From an uncultured beta proteobacterium (GTDB lineage: Bacteria; Pseudomonadota; Gammaproteobacteria; Burkholderiales; JAEUMW01), in contig CAVRDD010000030.1 in the NCBI GenBank assembly GCA_963719715.1, positions 92,140-156,139 on the forward strand: 64,000 nucleotides of DNA. Reading direction: 5' to 3'. A program made the position numbers and the translations under genes. The notes under the pieces are model-generated. The model did no database searches, was not told where the DNA came from, and saw only the letters and a program-made list of their open reading frames with translations. Of this stretch, positions 30,670 through 41,500 are shown piece by piece. Positions within the stretch are counted from its first letter, which is position 1. Each line of letters opens with the position of its first letter.

Positions 30670-31617
30670 GCGTTCGCCGGCCGCGCTGCGGCGTGCCGGC
30701 GAGCAGCATGCCGAGCATCGCCGCGATCGAGAGCATCATCGGAATCTCGATCGCGACGATCAGCGGTTTCGCGTAAGTCGACCGGGTAGGCAAGGAACGC
30801 GTCCGCGATCACCATGCCGGCGAACCCGACCGCGACGAACGCCACCGGTCCGGCGAGCACCAGCAGGCGCAGCGCCACGCTGCGACAGGGCGGCGCGTCG
30901 GCGAGCCCCGCCATCATCACGAGCACCCACATCGCCGCGAGCACGGTGCCGCCGGCGAAGGCGCCGCCGGGATCGATCGGCGGCCGTCCACATGAGGTAG
31001 ATGCCGATGACCACGCCGAAGGGCGGCAGCACGCGCGCGAAGAAGGTCAGCACGCCGTCGGCATCGGGGCGATAGAGCGTGCCGGGCCGGCCGCCCCACG
31101 CCCGGTCCGGCGCGAGCGACCAGACGCCGACGACCGCGAGCACCAGCACGACCTTCTCCAGCAGCGTGTCGGTCGCGCGGTAGGCCATCAGCACTGCCGT
31201 GACGGGATTGCCGAGGCCGGTCGCGTCGATCTCGGCGATGGCGGCCGGCGCGAGCGTCGGCGCGGGGTCGGGCGAAGGACGACACCGCGGCGCCGAGCGC
31301 TGCCGCGACCGTCGCGGAGAGCATGGCCGCGACGATGCGCAACCAGGCCGCGGGCCGCTCGGTCGCGCGGCGCGCTCGGTCCGGCGCAGCCGCGCCGCCG
31401 CACCGAGCATGAGAACGCCGGTCAGTCCGCTGCCGATTGCGGCTTCGGTGAGCGCCACGTCGACCGCCTGCAGCCGCACCCAGACCACCGCGACGAGCAG
31501 GCCGTAGGCGGCGAAGGCGATGATCGCCGCGAACGTGTTGCGCACCGCGATCGTGAAGACAGCGATCGCGAGCAGCAGCACCACCATCGCGATATCGACC
31601 GCGAACGACCAACTCAC
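30666..31617 (-). pseudogene. mnhB: DUF4040/MbhD-like, MbhE-like and MnhB regions of the Mrp cluster. I did not resolve how many genes this spans. Frame breaks are present.
   Basis: The recognisable pieces are:
- VSWSFAVDIAMVVLLLAIAVFTIAVRNTFAAIIAFAAYGLLVAVVWVRLQAVDVALTEAAIGSGLTGVL
- GNPVTAVLMAYRATDTLLEKVVLVLAVVG
- VLPPFGVVIGIYLMW
- GGTVLAAMWVLVMMAGL
- AKPLIVAIEIPMMLSIAAMLGMLLAG
The GTG start overlaps the mnhG stop (GTGA). Confidence 0.5.
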
Positions 31618-31910
31618 GCGGGGGGATCCTGGTTGCGCGCGACGCGCGCGATGAGCTGCGCGACGGTCGCACCCGACAGCAGCACGAGCAGCCACACGCA
31701 CACGAGCTTCACGCGCCACGAGCGTGCCGTCGACGCGCGGCAGCAGCCCGAGCACGATGAGACCGAGGCCCAGGTTGTCGGCCTTGGAGAGCGCGTGCAG
31801 GCGCGTGAGCGTGTCGGGAAAGCGGAGCAGGCCCACCGTTCCGGCGAGGTAGAAGAAGCGCGCCCGCGAGCACGGCGACGATGCGTGAAGAGGTCGAGTA
31901 CGAGCGTCAT
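31614..31910 (-). pseudogene. mnhG: Mrp/Mnh-type antiporter subunit G, with frame breaks.
   Basis: MTLVLDLF, FFYLAGTVGLLRFPDTLTRLHALSKADNLGLGLIVLGLLP and KLVCVWLLVLLSGATVAQLIARVARNQ lie in different frames. The ATG overlaps the mnhF stop (ATGA). Confidence 0.55.
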
Positions 31911-32198
31911 TCGCGGTCGGCGGCTCGGGGCGTGGCGTCGCGGTCGCGGCGCCGTGCGGTCTTGGCGAGCGCCACCGACACGAATGCTGCGAGCAAGGCG
32001 CAGTGTGAGGGAGACGTCGATCGCGGCGTAGCGCTCGACGCCTTCGGCGAAGAGGAGCAGCGCGCCGATGCCGCCCGTTCCCAGCAGTTGCACCGCCATG
32101 ATGCGGTCGGCAGCACCGCGCGCGCGCAGCAGCGGCTTCAGGCCGACCGCGGTGAGCAGCAGCACGAAGGCCGCGGCGGCAAGGAGGAATGTCGTCAT
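31907..32198 (-). pseudogene. mnhF: Mrp/Mnh-type antiporter subunit F, with at least one frame break.
   Basis: MTTFLLAAAAFVLLLTAVGLKPLLRARGAADRIMAVQLLGTGGIGALLL...IDVSLTL is followed by ALLAAFVSVALAKTARRR in the next frame. Confidence 0.6.
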
Positions 32199-32679
32199 CG
32201 CGGCGCCTCGGGAGCAAGACGCCGGCCACCAGCGCCTCTTCCATCCCCAGCGATTCGACCACCGGCTGATTCACGTCGAGACAGTGGTAGCGGAGCACGC
32301 TGCCGTCGTCGGCGATGGGCACCGTGCCCGGCATCAGGCTCGTGAGCGATGCGAAGGCGTTGCGTCACGATACCGCGTTCGAAGCGGCACGAATACTCGA
32401 CGAAGCCGGGCGCGAGCGGCAGGCGCGGGTCGAGCGCGCGCTTGCGCGACGTCCCAACCGGCGACCACCGATTGCCAGGCGAAGCGGCCGACGAGGCGGG
32501 CCAGGGCGGTCAAGCGGATGCGGCGGCGGCGAGCCGGGGACGAGGCGCAGACTCACCCACGCGGCGGCGGCGGCGGTGACGATGCCGGCGGCGACATCGA
32601 CCGGGTCGGTGCCGATCAGCACGATCCAGAACGCGAGATAGGCCGCACCCCGGATCAGCGCAGCCCGCGCGTTCGTCAT
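32195..32679 (-). pseudogene. mnhE: Mrp/Mnh-type antiporter subunit E, with at least three frame breaks.
   Basis: MTNARAALIRGAAYLAFWIVLIGTDPVD, RIRLTALARLVGRFAWQSVVAGWDVAQ, RALDPRLPLAPGFVEYS and SLMPGTVPIADDGSVLRYHCLDVNQPVVESLG occur in successive frames. The TGA overlaps the mnhF ATG. Confidence 0.55.
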
Positions 32680-32695
32680 CGTGCTTGCGGCAGCG

Positions 32696-33274
32696 TCAGT
32701 CGCCGCAGAGCAGCCGTACCCGGCGCTCGGCCAGGTCGAACTCCGCGTCGGTCTGTGCCGCGAGCAACTGGTTCTTGGCGGCGACGCAGGCGTCCGCCTG
32801 CTGCGCAGCAGCCGGTGTCGCCGCCGCGGCACCCGGCGCGCAGCGGGCGTCGTCGACCAGGCGCAGGTTGTTGAACTGACCGCGCTCCACGGCGACGCAG
32901 TCGCCGACGCGCAGCCCGGCTTCGTCCGTCACCATGGTGATGGTGCCGCCGCCGACCAGGATCGTGTACTGGAAGGCCTGACCCCGTGTGGCCATCCTGC
33001 CGAGTTGCTGCCCCGCCACGGCGCCGCCGACGCCGCCCAGGATGCGGTTGCTGCCCGAGCGCCCAGAACCGACCGCAGCGCCGAGTGTGCCGCCCAGCAA
33101 TGCGCCGCCAACCTGTGCGCCGCTGTTGTCGGTGGTGACGAGGCTGACGTTCGTGATGCGACCGTACTGTACGCTGGACTGGGCCCATGCCGCACCCGAT
33201 GGTGCCGCCAGTGCAAGCAGGACCAGCAGCGTGCGCCAGCCGTTGGCGCGCGGGATCTCTCGTCTCAGGCGCAT
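32696..33274 (-). CDS. Secreted glycine-zipper domain protein (SlyB/17-kDa-antigen-like).
   Basis: I use the internal ATG (MRLRREIPRANGWRTLLVLLALAAPSGAAWA) of ORF 32696..34456. The Gly-zipper reads GGALLGGTLGAAVGSGRSGSNRILGGVGGAVAG. Confidence 0.6.
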   Translation of the reverse strand: MRLRREIPRANGWRTLLVLLALAAPSGAAWAQSSVQYGRITNVSLVTTDNSGAQVGGALLGGTLGAAVGSGRSGSNRILGGVGGAVAGQQLGRMATRGQAFQYTILVGGGTITMVTDEAGLRVGDCVAVERGQFNNLRLVDDARCAPGAAAATPAAAQQADACVAAKNQLLAAQTDAEFDLAERRVRLLCGD

Positions 33275-36200
33275 CTCATCTCCCTTGCAAGGCCTGGTTT
33301 GAAACTCAAGTCGCCGCTGCGGTGGTGGCCGGCCTTGGCGGCTCCGCCGCGCCCGGCTTTGCCCTTGAAGACGGTCACATACACGGTGGGCAGGAACACC
33401 AGCGTGAGCAGAGTCGCCACCAGGAGGCCGCCCATGATCGCGAAGGCCATCGGCCCCCAGAACACCGTCGGCGCGATCGGGATCAGGCCGAGCACGGTCG
33501 AGATCGCGGTGAGCGACATCGGCCGCAGGCGCGAAGTGGCGGCGGCGACGACCGCGTCCCACACGTTCTTGCCCTCGGCGCGGTCGGTCTCGATCTGCAC
33601 GATCAGGATCACCGCGTTCTTCGCGATCATGCCGAGCAGCGAGAGGATGCCGAGGATTGCGACGAAGCCCAGCGGACGGTTGAACAGGAGCAGCGCCGCG
33701 ACCACGCCGATGAGGCCGAGCGGCAGGATCGCGAGCACGATCCGCCAGCCGGCGGAAGCTCTGCAGCTGGAACATGAGCACGGTCAGCATCAGCGCCAGC
33801 ATGAGCGGCACGACGGCGAACACCGATGCGCTCGATGCCGCGCTTTCCTCGGCGATGCCGCCGGTGTCGATCCGGTACGATTTCGGCAGGCGCGCGTTCA
33901 GCTCGGCCATCTTCGGCTCGAGCGCGCTCACCACGTCGTCCGCCAGCACGCCCGGCACGAGGTCGGCGATCACGGTCAGCGTCGGCACGCGGTTGCGCCG
34001 CCAGATGAGCGGATACTCCTGGTCGTATTCGAATGTGGCGAACTGACTGAGCGGCACCGTGCGCCCGCCCGGCAGCGGTACCTGCATCGCGCGCAGCGTG
34101 TCGAGTGCAGCGCGCTGGTCGTCGGTGGCGCGGGCGACCACGTCGACGAGATAGATGCTGTCGCGGACCTGGGTCACCGTCGCACCGGCCACGGTGGCGT
34201 TGAGGGTGGCCGCGATCGAGCGCGAGCTCACGCCGAGCCGGCGAGCCTGGTCCTGATCGATCTTGACGCGCAACTGGCGCGAGGGCTCCATCCAGTCGTA
34301 GTTGGTTTGTCGCGTGCCCGGTACTGCGGCGACGACCTGCGCCAGGTCCTTGGCGATCATCCGCACCTGCTCGACGTCCGGTCCGCTGACGCGGTACTGG
34401 ATCGGCCATCCCGACCGGCGGACCGAGTTCGAGCGGTGCGACGCGCGCGACGACATCCGGGAACTGCTCCTCGAGCAGCTTCTCCAGCCGCGGTTGCAGG
34501 CGCTGCCGGGCCTCGACGTCCTTCGCGACCACCACCATCTGTCCGAAGAACGCGTTTTGCAGCTGCACGTCGAGCGTCAGGTAGAAGCGGATCGCGCCGC
34601 GGCCGACGTAGGTGCTCCAGTGGTCGATGTCCTTGTCCTGCGCCAGGATCTCTTCCAGCTTCTCGACCGTTTCCTGGGTGGCGAAGATCGACGCGTTCTG
34701 GCGCAGCGTCAGGTCCACCGTGAGCTCCGGTCGATCCGAAGACGGGAAGAACTGCCGCGGGACGAAGCGCACGAGGTAGATGGCTGCGACGAACGCCAGC
34801 AGCGTGACGCCGATGGTGAGCCATTTCGCGCGCATGGCGGCCGCGAGGAAGCGGCTGTAGCCTTCCAGCAGCTTGCTCGGCTTGGCATCCTTGCCCTCTG
34901 CCGGCGGCTTCAGGAGCGCCATGCCGATGACCGGGGCGAAGATGACGGCGACGAACCACGACACGATGAGCGCGATGCCGACGACGGCGAAGATCGAGAA
35001 CGTGTACTCGCCCGCCGAGCTCTTGGCGAAACCGATCGGAACGAAGCCCGCGATCGTGATCAGTGTGCCGGCAAGCATGGGCGCGGCGAGATTCTTGTAG
35101 GCGAAGGTGGCAGCGTCTTCCTTGCTGTCGCCGGCGGCGAGGCGTCGAATCGCCGCATCGACCGTTGTCATCGCGTCGTCGACGAGCAGGGTGAGCGCGA
35201 TGATCAGCGCACCCAGTGAGATACGCTGCAAATCGATGCCAGTGGCGTCCATCACGGCGAAGACGACGGCCAGCGTGAGCGGGATGGCGAGCGCGACCAC
35301 GGTGCCGGGGCGCACGCCGAGGCTCAGGAAGCTGCAGACGAGAATGATGAGGATCGCCTGCCACAGCGATTCCATGAATTCGCCGATGGCGGTATCGACC
35401 GTCACCGCCTGATCCGAGACGACCGTGGACTCGATGCCTACCGGCAGCGTGCTCTGGATCGCGGCCATTTCCTTCTTGAGATTGGCGCCGAGCGCGAGGA
35501 TGTCGCCGCCATCGCGCATCGCGATCGCGAGTCCGATCGCCGACTTGCCGTTCACGCGAAACATCGGATCGGGTGGATCGACGAACCCGCGCCGCACGTT
35601 GGCGACGTCGCCGAGGCGAATATTGCGATCACCGACGCGGAAATTGAACGAACGGATGTCTTCTTCGTTATCGAAGGCACCCGACACGCGCAGCATGACC
35701 CGCTCCTGACGCGTGTCGAGAACGCCGGCCGGACGCACGATGTTCTGCTGCTGAAGCGCTGCCACCAGGCTCGGGAAGTCAAGGCCGAGGCCGGCCAGGC
35801 GCTCGGTCGAAAACTCGATGAAGATCTGCTCGTTCTGTGCGCCGAGGATCTCGACCTTCGACACGTCCGGCACTGTCAGCAGGCGCGAGCGAACCCCCTC
35901 GACATAGTCGCGCAGTTCGCGCTGGCTGAAGCCGTCGGCGGAAAAGCCATAGATGATGCCGAAGGTATCGCCGAAGTCGTCGTTGAAGCCCGGGCCGATG
36001 ACCCCCGCCGGCAGCGTGAGGCGGATGTCGTTGATGTTGTTGCGTACCTGCTGCCACACGCCTGGCACCTCATCGGGCGGAGTCGAGCCCTTGAGGTTGA
36101 CGAACATCGTGGTGAAGCCGGGTCGCGTGAAGCTGCGGATGAAGTCGAGATGGCGCGTCTCCTGCAGCCTGCGTTCGATGCGTTCGGTGACCTGGTCGAG

Positions 36201-36386
36201 CGTCTCCTCCATCGTGGCGCCGGGCCACGCCGCAAAGACGATCATGGTGCGGAAGGTGAATGCCGGATCCTCGGCGCGCCCGAGCCGCAGGAACGAGATC
36301 GCGCCGGCGACCACGGAGACCAGCATCAGGAAGATCACGAGCGATCGTCGACGGATCGCCCACTCCGACAGATTCGGACCGATCAC
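33265..36386 (-). pseudogene. RND efflux transporter permease (AcrB/AcrD/AcrF superfamily), operon 1, with two frame breaks.
   Basis: The N-terminus reads MIGPNLSEWAIRRRSLVIFLMLV...GRAEDPAFTF. The coding sequence passes through ORFs 33627..36386, 32696..34456 and 33265..33738, with breaks near 34409 and 33742. Confidence 0.85.
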
Positions 36387-37492
36387 TTCGTGGCCTCGAG
36401 CAGACTTACCTTCTGGCCTGGGCGCAGCGCTTGGACGCCGGCGGTGACGACGATCTCGCCGGGACTAAGCCCGCCACCAACGATGACCTGATCCGGATTG
36501 AAGGTCGCGACCTCGATCGTCCGCAGGGAGACCGTGTTCTCCTTCGGATCCACCACCCACACCGACGGCTGCCCATCGGCCCGCGTCAGCGCGGAAGCTG
36601 GAATCGCGATGCCGGAGGCACCGCCGACGTGCATGCGTCCGGTCACTGTGCTGCCCAGACGCATCGCCGGGGGGGTATTGATGAGGGCGACGCGGACCTG
36701 GAAAGTACCGGTGATCGCGTCGGCGCGCGGCGAGACCTCGCGCACGCGCCCCTTTGCCGTCACTTTCGGATTCATCGTGAGCATCACGGTGATCTCGGGC
36801 TGGCTCGGCGCGATGTCCTTCACTTGCGGCGGAACGTCAAATACCGCGTCGATGCCGCCTTTCTGCGCCAGTTGCACGACCATGCGGCCGGCCTGCACGA
36901 CTTCGCCGGGCTCGGCACCCACCGCCGTTACGATGCCCCCGGCGTTCGCGACGAGCCGCGTGTAGCCCAGGCGATTCTGCGCGATGTTGACATTGGCGCG
37001 CGCCGCATCGACCTGCGCCTCGGCAGCCTTGCGCGTTGCCACCACCTGGTCGAAGGCAGCCTTCGAAATGAAGTTCTGCTCCAGCAGCCGCTGCTGGCGC
37101 TGGGAATTGTTCTGCGCTTCCACCATCTGCGCATTCGTTGCCGCGAGGTTCGCGCGCGCCGCCTGCAAGGCGCTCTCCTCATTCTCGGGATTGAGCGTCG
37201 CGATCAACTGGCCGACGCGAACGGTGTCGCCGACGCTCACCGCGCGGTCGATCACGCGGCCATCGATGCGGAAGCTCAGGTTGATTTCGGTTGCGGCCTG
37301 CACAGTGCCGGTGAGGGTGACCGTGTCACCGCCGGTGTGCTGCTCGCCGATAACGACGCGTACCGGCCGTACCTCCGGCGCCTCGGGTTCGTCGGCGGAT
37401 CTGCAGGAAACCAGGACCAGCAGCGGTGCAGCGAAGAGCAGGCTCAGGACAAGGCGCAGTGAGCAGAGTCTAAATGTTGGACGAGGGGTCAC
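36383..37492 (-). CDS. Efflux RND periplasmic adaptor (membrane fusion protein), operon 1.
   Basis: The HlyD/MFP pattern is present: GTVQAATEINLSFRIDGRVI...VGDTVRVGQLIATL...coiled coil...GEIVVTAGVQALRPGQKV. Its stop overlaps the RND start. The GTG start at 37492 is inferred (lipoprotein-like LVSCRS). Confidence 0.8.
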   Translation of the reverse strand: MTPRPTFRLCSLRLVLSLLFAAPLLVLVSCRSADEPEAPEVRPVRVVIGEQHTGGDTVTLTGTVQAATEINLSFRIDGRVIDRAVSVGDTVRVGQLIATLNPENEESALQAARANLAATNAQMVEAQNNSQRQQRLLEQNFISKAAFDQVVATRKAAEAQVDAARANVNIAQNRLGYTRLVANAGGIVTAVGAEPGEVVQAGRMVVQLAQKGGIDAVFDVPPQVKDIAPSQPEITVMLTMNPKVTAKGRVREVSPRADAITGTFQVRVALINTPPAMRLGSTVTGRMHVGGASGIAIPASALTRADGQPSVWVVDPKENTVSLRTIEVATFNPDQVIVGGGLSPGEIVVTAGVQALRPGQKVSLLEATK

Positions 37493-37836
37493 GATGACAC
37501 TCTTCCTGTTTCTGTTCTGGATGTTGCGGGCGCACAGAATATCATGCGCCCACGCCCAAAACGCCATCCGGCCGCGGCTGCTGCAGGACGCGAGCGCGAA
37601 GAAGTCTCCTGGATTCGCACGCTCGGGTGGTGAAACCGGTGTTTCGGAACACCGAAGGCAGAGGTGGTTGCATCTTTCGTCATTCGCGCGCGCGGCGCTG
37701 CGGTCGTCGCCCCGGTCGGGCAGGCGGGGCGTGGCTTGACTCACCGAATGCGAACGGATAGCTTGAAGGCAGCAGGGAAGTCGGCACCGATCGACAAGCC
37801 CAGTCGCTCATCAAACCTGAACCAAAAGGTCTTGCC

Positions 37837-38412
37837 ATGGACAAGCGCACGTTTCTCACCGTCGGCGCCTCGCTCGCCGCGCTCTCGGTAATCTCGACCG
37901 GATGCACAACTACCGGCGGCGCGTCGGGGGATCCCGAAGCCAGGAGCCGGACGATCAATGCCGATGTCGACAATGCACTCTCCCGCCTCTACCGCGAGGT
38001 GGGCAGCTCGCGGGAGCTCATTGCACGGTCGGCCGGGGTGCTCGTGTTCCCGTCCGTTGTTTCGGGCGGCTTCATCGTCGCCGGCTCGCACGGTCAGGGC
38101 GCGCTGCGCAAGGCCGGCAAGACGGCCGGCTATTACACGATCAGCGCGGCATCGGTGGGATTGACCGCAGGCGGACAGTCACGCGCGCTTTTCATCCTGT
38201 TCATGACGCCGGACTCTTTGAGGCGGTTCGAGCAGAGCAGCGGCTGGACTGCAGGTGTGGATGCTTCGGTCACGATGCTGAACGTCGGCGCCAATGCAAG
38301 CATCGACACGCAGGTCGCGCAGCAGCCGGTCGTTGGCTTTACCCTCAGCAATGCTGGTCTCATGGCCGACCTGAGCATCAACGGCACCCGCATCAACCGT
38401 CTCGATCTCTGA
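37837..38412 (+). CDS. SYLF (DUF500/Ysc84-like) lipid-binding domain lipoprotein.
   Basis: The signal and lipobox read MDKRTFLTVGASLAALSVISTGC. The SYLF-like core is GVLVFPSVVSGGFIVAGSHGQGALRK...YYTISAASVGLTAGGQS...GVDASV. Confidence 0.7.
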   Translation: MDKRTFLTVGASLAALSVISTGCTTTGGASGDPEARSRTINADVDNALSRLYREVGSSRELIARSAGVLVFPSVVSGGFIVAGSHGQGALRKAGKTAGYYTISAASVGLTAGGQSRALFILFMTPDSLRRFEQSSGWTAGVDASVTMLNVGANASIDTQVAQQPVVGFTLSNAGLMADLSINGTRINRLDL

Positions 38413-38548
38413 TCCTCAGGGACTATCCTGCCGGGCGCGGCATTCGCGCCCGGCGCATCGTTGGCGCCCTCGGCTTGACGCGAGTACCGGCGAACCTTGA
38501 AGGTTCGGCAATGGGGTCTCGCCCGGGCGGTCGAGCATTCTCACAGCA

Positions 38549-41500
38549 ATGACACGTCGGCGCCGGGCGCTGCTGGCCCTTGCCGGCGCACTCCTCGTAC
38601 TCCTCGTATTCGTTGCGACGATCGTTGCAGCCGTCGTCTGGGGCGTCACGATCGACGTCTCGCGCTGGCGCGATACCGCCGCGACGCGTCTTGCTGCTGC
38701 GCTCGAACGGCCTGTGCTCCTGCAGGACCCGTTCACGCTGACCCTTGGCCGCGAAGCGACACTGCACGTGGGCGGCACCGAAATCCCTGGCCCCGATGGC
38801 TTCTCTTCAAGGGAATTCGCCGCTCTTGGCGGCCTCGACGTGCGCTTCGATCTGCTCGATGCGCTGCGCGGCTCGCTCCAGGTGAGCAGCATCGAGGCAC
38901 GCAGCGGACGCCTGCGGCTGGAGCGAAACGCGGAGGGGGCCACCAACTGGGCGCTGGCACGAGATCCCGCGCAAGCGCCCGCCGGCGAGCTGCGCGTTGC
39001 GGAGGTCGCGCTGCACAACCTCGACATCGAGTATGTCGACGCTCGTGCCGCGAAGCATATTCGCCTTGCCGTGGATGAGTTCACTGCGAGCGGCTGCTGC
39101 GAGGAGCCGCTGCATGTTTCGGTTCGCGGTCGCACGGAGCGCCGTTCGCCCTATGCCGCGACCCTTGCAGCGGGTCCGCTGCAGCCGCTGCTCGCGGCCG
39201 CCGCACCGTGGCCGTTCGACGCCGTGTTCGAATACGACAACGCGCGCCTTGCGGCAAAGGGCACGGTAGCCGCGGGAGCAGACGTCATCGAACTGTCCGC
39301 GCTGCAGGGCAGCCTTGCGAACGCGGAGGTGACCGGCAAGCTGACCCTGGACCTGCGCGGCGCGCGGCCGCAGCTTCGCGGGGCGCTCGCGTTCTCCCGG
39401 CTGGACCTGCTGATCTCTTCTCTCGACCGGGGAGCGCAGCAGTCCGATGAGGGCTTCGAGCAGCTGTCCGTGCGCGATCTGGTTCCGCTCGATGTTGAAG
39501 TCGATCTCAGCGCGCCCGAATTGCCGGGTGTACCGGGGGAACTTCGCGACGTGACCGTGGAACTGCGTGCCGAGGACGGGCGCGTGCACGCACCGATGCA
39601 CGCGACGTGGGCGGGTATCCCGGTCTCCGGCAGCCTTGAGCTCGACACTGCAGCGACCGTCCCCACTCTTGCGCTGCAGCTTGAAGCGCGCGACACAGCG
39701 CTGCGCGACCTGCCGGGGAACCTTGTCGATGCGACCGCCATGAGCGGTGTGATCGGACACATGGGGCTGCGCGCAGACGGCCGCGGGGAAACTGTCGGTG
39801 CGCTGATCGGCGACATGCAACTCGCCCTGTCGGCAGCGGGTCGGCTGCGCTCGGTGCGCGGCAACGCCTCGCCGCCGCTCGATCTTGTGCTCGATGTGGT
39901 CGACCTGTCGGTGCGACGCGGCGAGCGCCTGCGAGGCCGTGCACGCGGTGCGCTGCAGGGCGAGCGCGTGACACTCGCATTCCAGGCCGGCACGCTGCCC
40001 GACATGCTGAAGAGTCACGCGACACCGCTCGATCTGGATCTCGCGGCGACCCGCACGAAGCTGCATGCTGCCGGTACGCTCGCATTTCCCGGCGCGGCGG
40101 AAGCGACCGATCTGGCGTTCGGCTTGAGCGCGGCGCGTGCCGGTGACCTTGCGCGCTGGCTGCCGATCGCACCAGCCACCAAGCTCGCGCTCGACGCGCG
40201 CGGCCGTGTTCGCATCGACAGTGACGGTTGGCGCCTCGATGACGGATCGCTCAAGGCGGGTCGCAGCAGGCTGGCGATCGATGCACAGCGCAGCGACCGC
40301 CAGGCGGGACCCATCACCCGCGTGACCGTGCGCGGGCCGCTTCTAGACCTGGCACAGCTTGCGACTCTTCTGCCGACGCCGCGTGCAAACGCGCATGATC
40401 GTGCACTGCCGCTGCCCGAGGCAGTCCGTAGCGCCCAGGCGGATGTCGAAGTTGCCATCGAACGCGTCACCTGGGACCGAATCGACGTTCAGGACCTCAC
40501 CCTCGTCAGCCGGCTGCGCGACGGGCGCCTGGATTCTTCACCGTTCTCCGCGGGGTTTGCCGGGGGACGGGTGCACGGCGTGGTCGCGGGAGACGTGAGC
40601 GGCGCAGCACCGCAGCTCGACCTGCAACTGACCGCGGAGTCGGTTGACACCGGCGCGCTGGCGCGCGCGCTGGGGTTTGCGCAGCGTATCGAGGGGCGTG
40701 TGGATGCGATCGAGGTCAATGCGCAGGCGCGCGGCAGCACGCTGCGCGAACTCGCCCAGCGCTCCTGGCTCGATGCACGGGTGCGCGCCAACAGGCTCAC
40801 GATTGCATCGACGGGCGCCCGCCCCGCGGTGGAGATCGCTGTCTCCGAAGCGACGGTCGTGGCAGGCGCCGGGAGCCCCGTGCAGATCCGCGTGTCTGGC
40901 GCTTACGATGAAGAGCCGCTCGCATTTCAATTGACCACCGCTGACCTAGAAGATCTCGTCGCAGGTACTGGCCGCGTCCCGATTGCCGCGACCGGCAAAG
41001 TGGCTGACACGCGACTCGACTTCAAAGGTGACCTTCTGCTGCCGCTCGGTCGCGGCGGTGAGTTCACGGTCGAACTGGGCGGGGAACGTCTGGACAGCCT
41101 GAACGGGCTCGCCGGGATCGAGCTTCCCGCCTGGGGCCCCTGGTCGATTCGCGGCCCGGTGCGCATGACCGCCGGCAGCTACGCCATGCCCGACGTGTCG
41201 CTTGGCGTCGGCACGAGCAAGCTGGCCGGCTCGGGGCAGTTGGACCTCACGGGTCCGCGCCGGCGGCTCGTACTGGACGTGACCGCGCCGCTCATCCAGC
41301 TGGATGATTTCCCGCTGCCGGAGCGTCTCACCGATGATCCAGCGTCCCCTTTGACGACTGCCGGCGTCCGCGCGACGGCGCGGGGTGTCGCGCGGCGCAC
41401 CGAGCGCCTGCTGAACTCGCGGTTTCTCCAGCGGTTCGATGCCCACATCGATGTTCGGGTGAAGGAAGTGCTGTCCGGCACCGACCGTCTCGCCGACGGG

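Noticed and set aside
27175-32679. Reading the Mrp cluster as a genuinely decayed pseudogene array.
   Set aside because: I rejected this tentatively. All shifts go in one direction, there are no nonsense codons or deletions, and the ATGA/GTGA gene junctions are intact. This needs read-level confirmation.
32696-34456. A 586 aa minus-strand ORF.
   Set aside because: It is a composite. Its first approximately 240 residues are the middle segment of RND pump 1 (between two frame breaks). Its last 192 are a separate glycine-zipper protein with its own ATG and signal peptide. The stretch between them is out-of-frame RND sequence.
37528-37654. Two perfect 7-bp hairpins (GGGCGCA-N10-TGCGCCC at 37528-37551 and CGGTGTT-TCGG-AACACCG at 37637-37654) in the 345 nt gap between MFP1 and the SYLF gene.
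   Set aside because: There is no U-tract, no recognisable riboswitch or sRNA signature, and the stems are short for GC-rich DNA. I cannot distinguish them from chance without conservation data.
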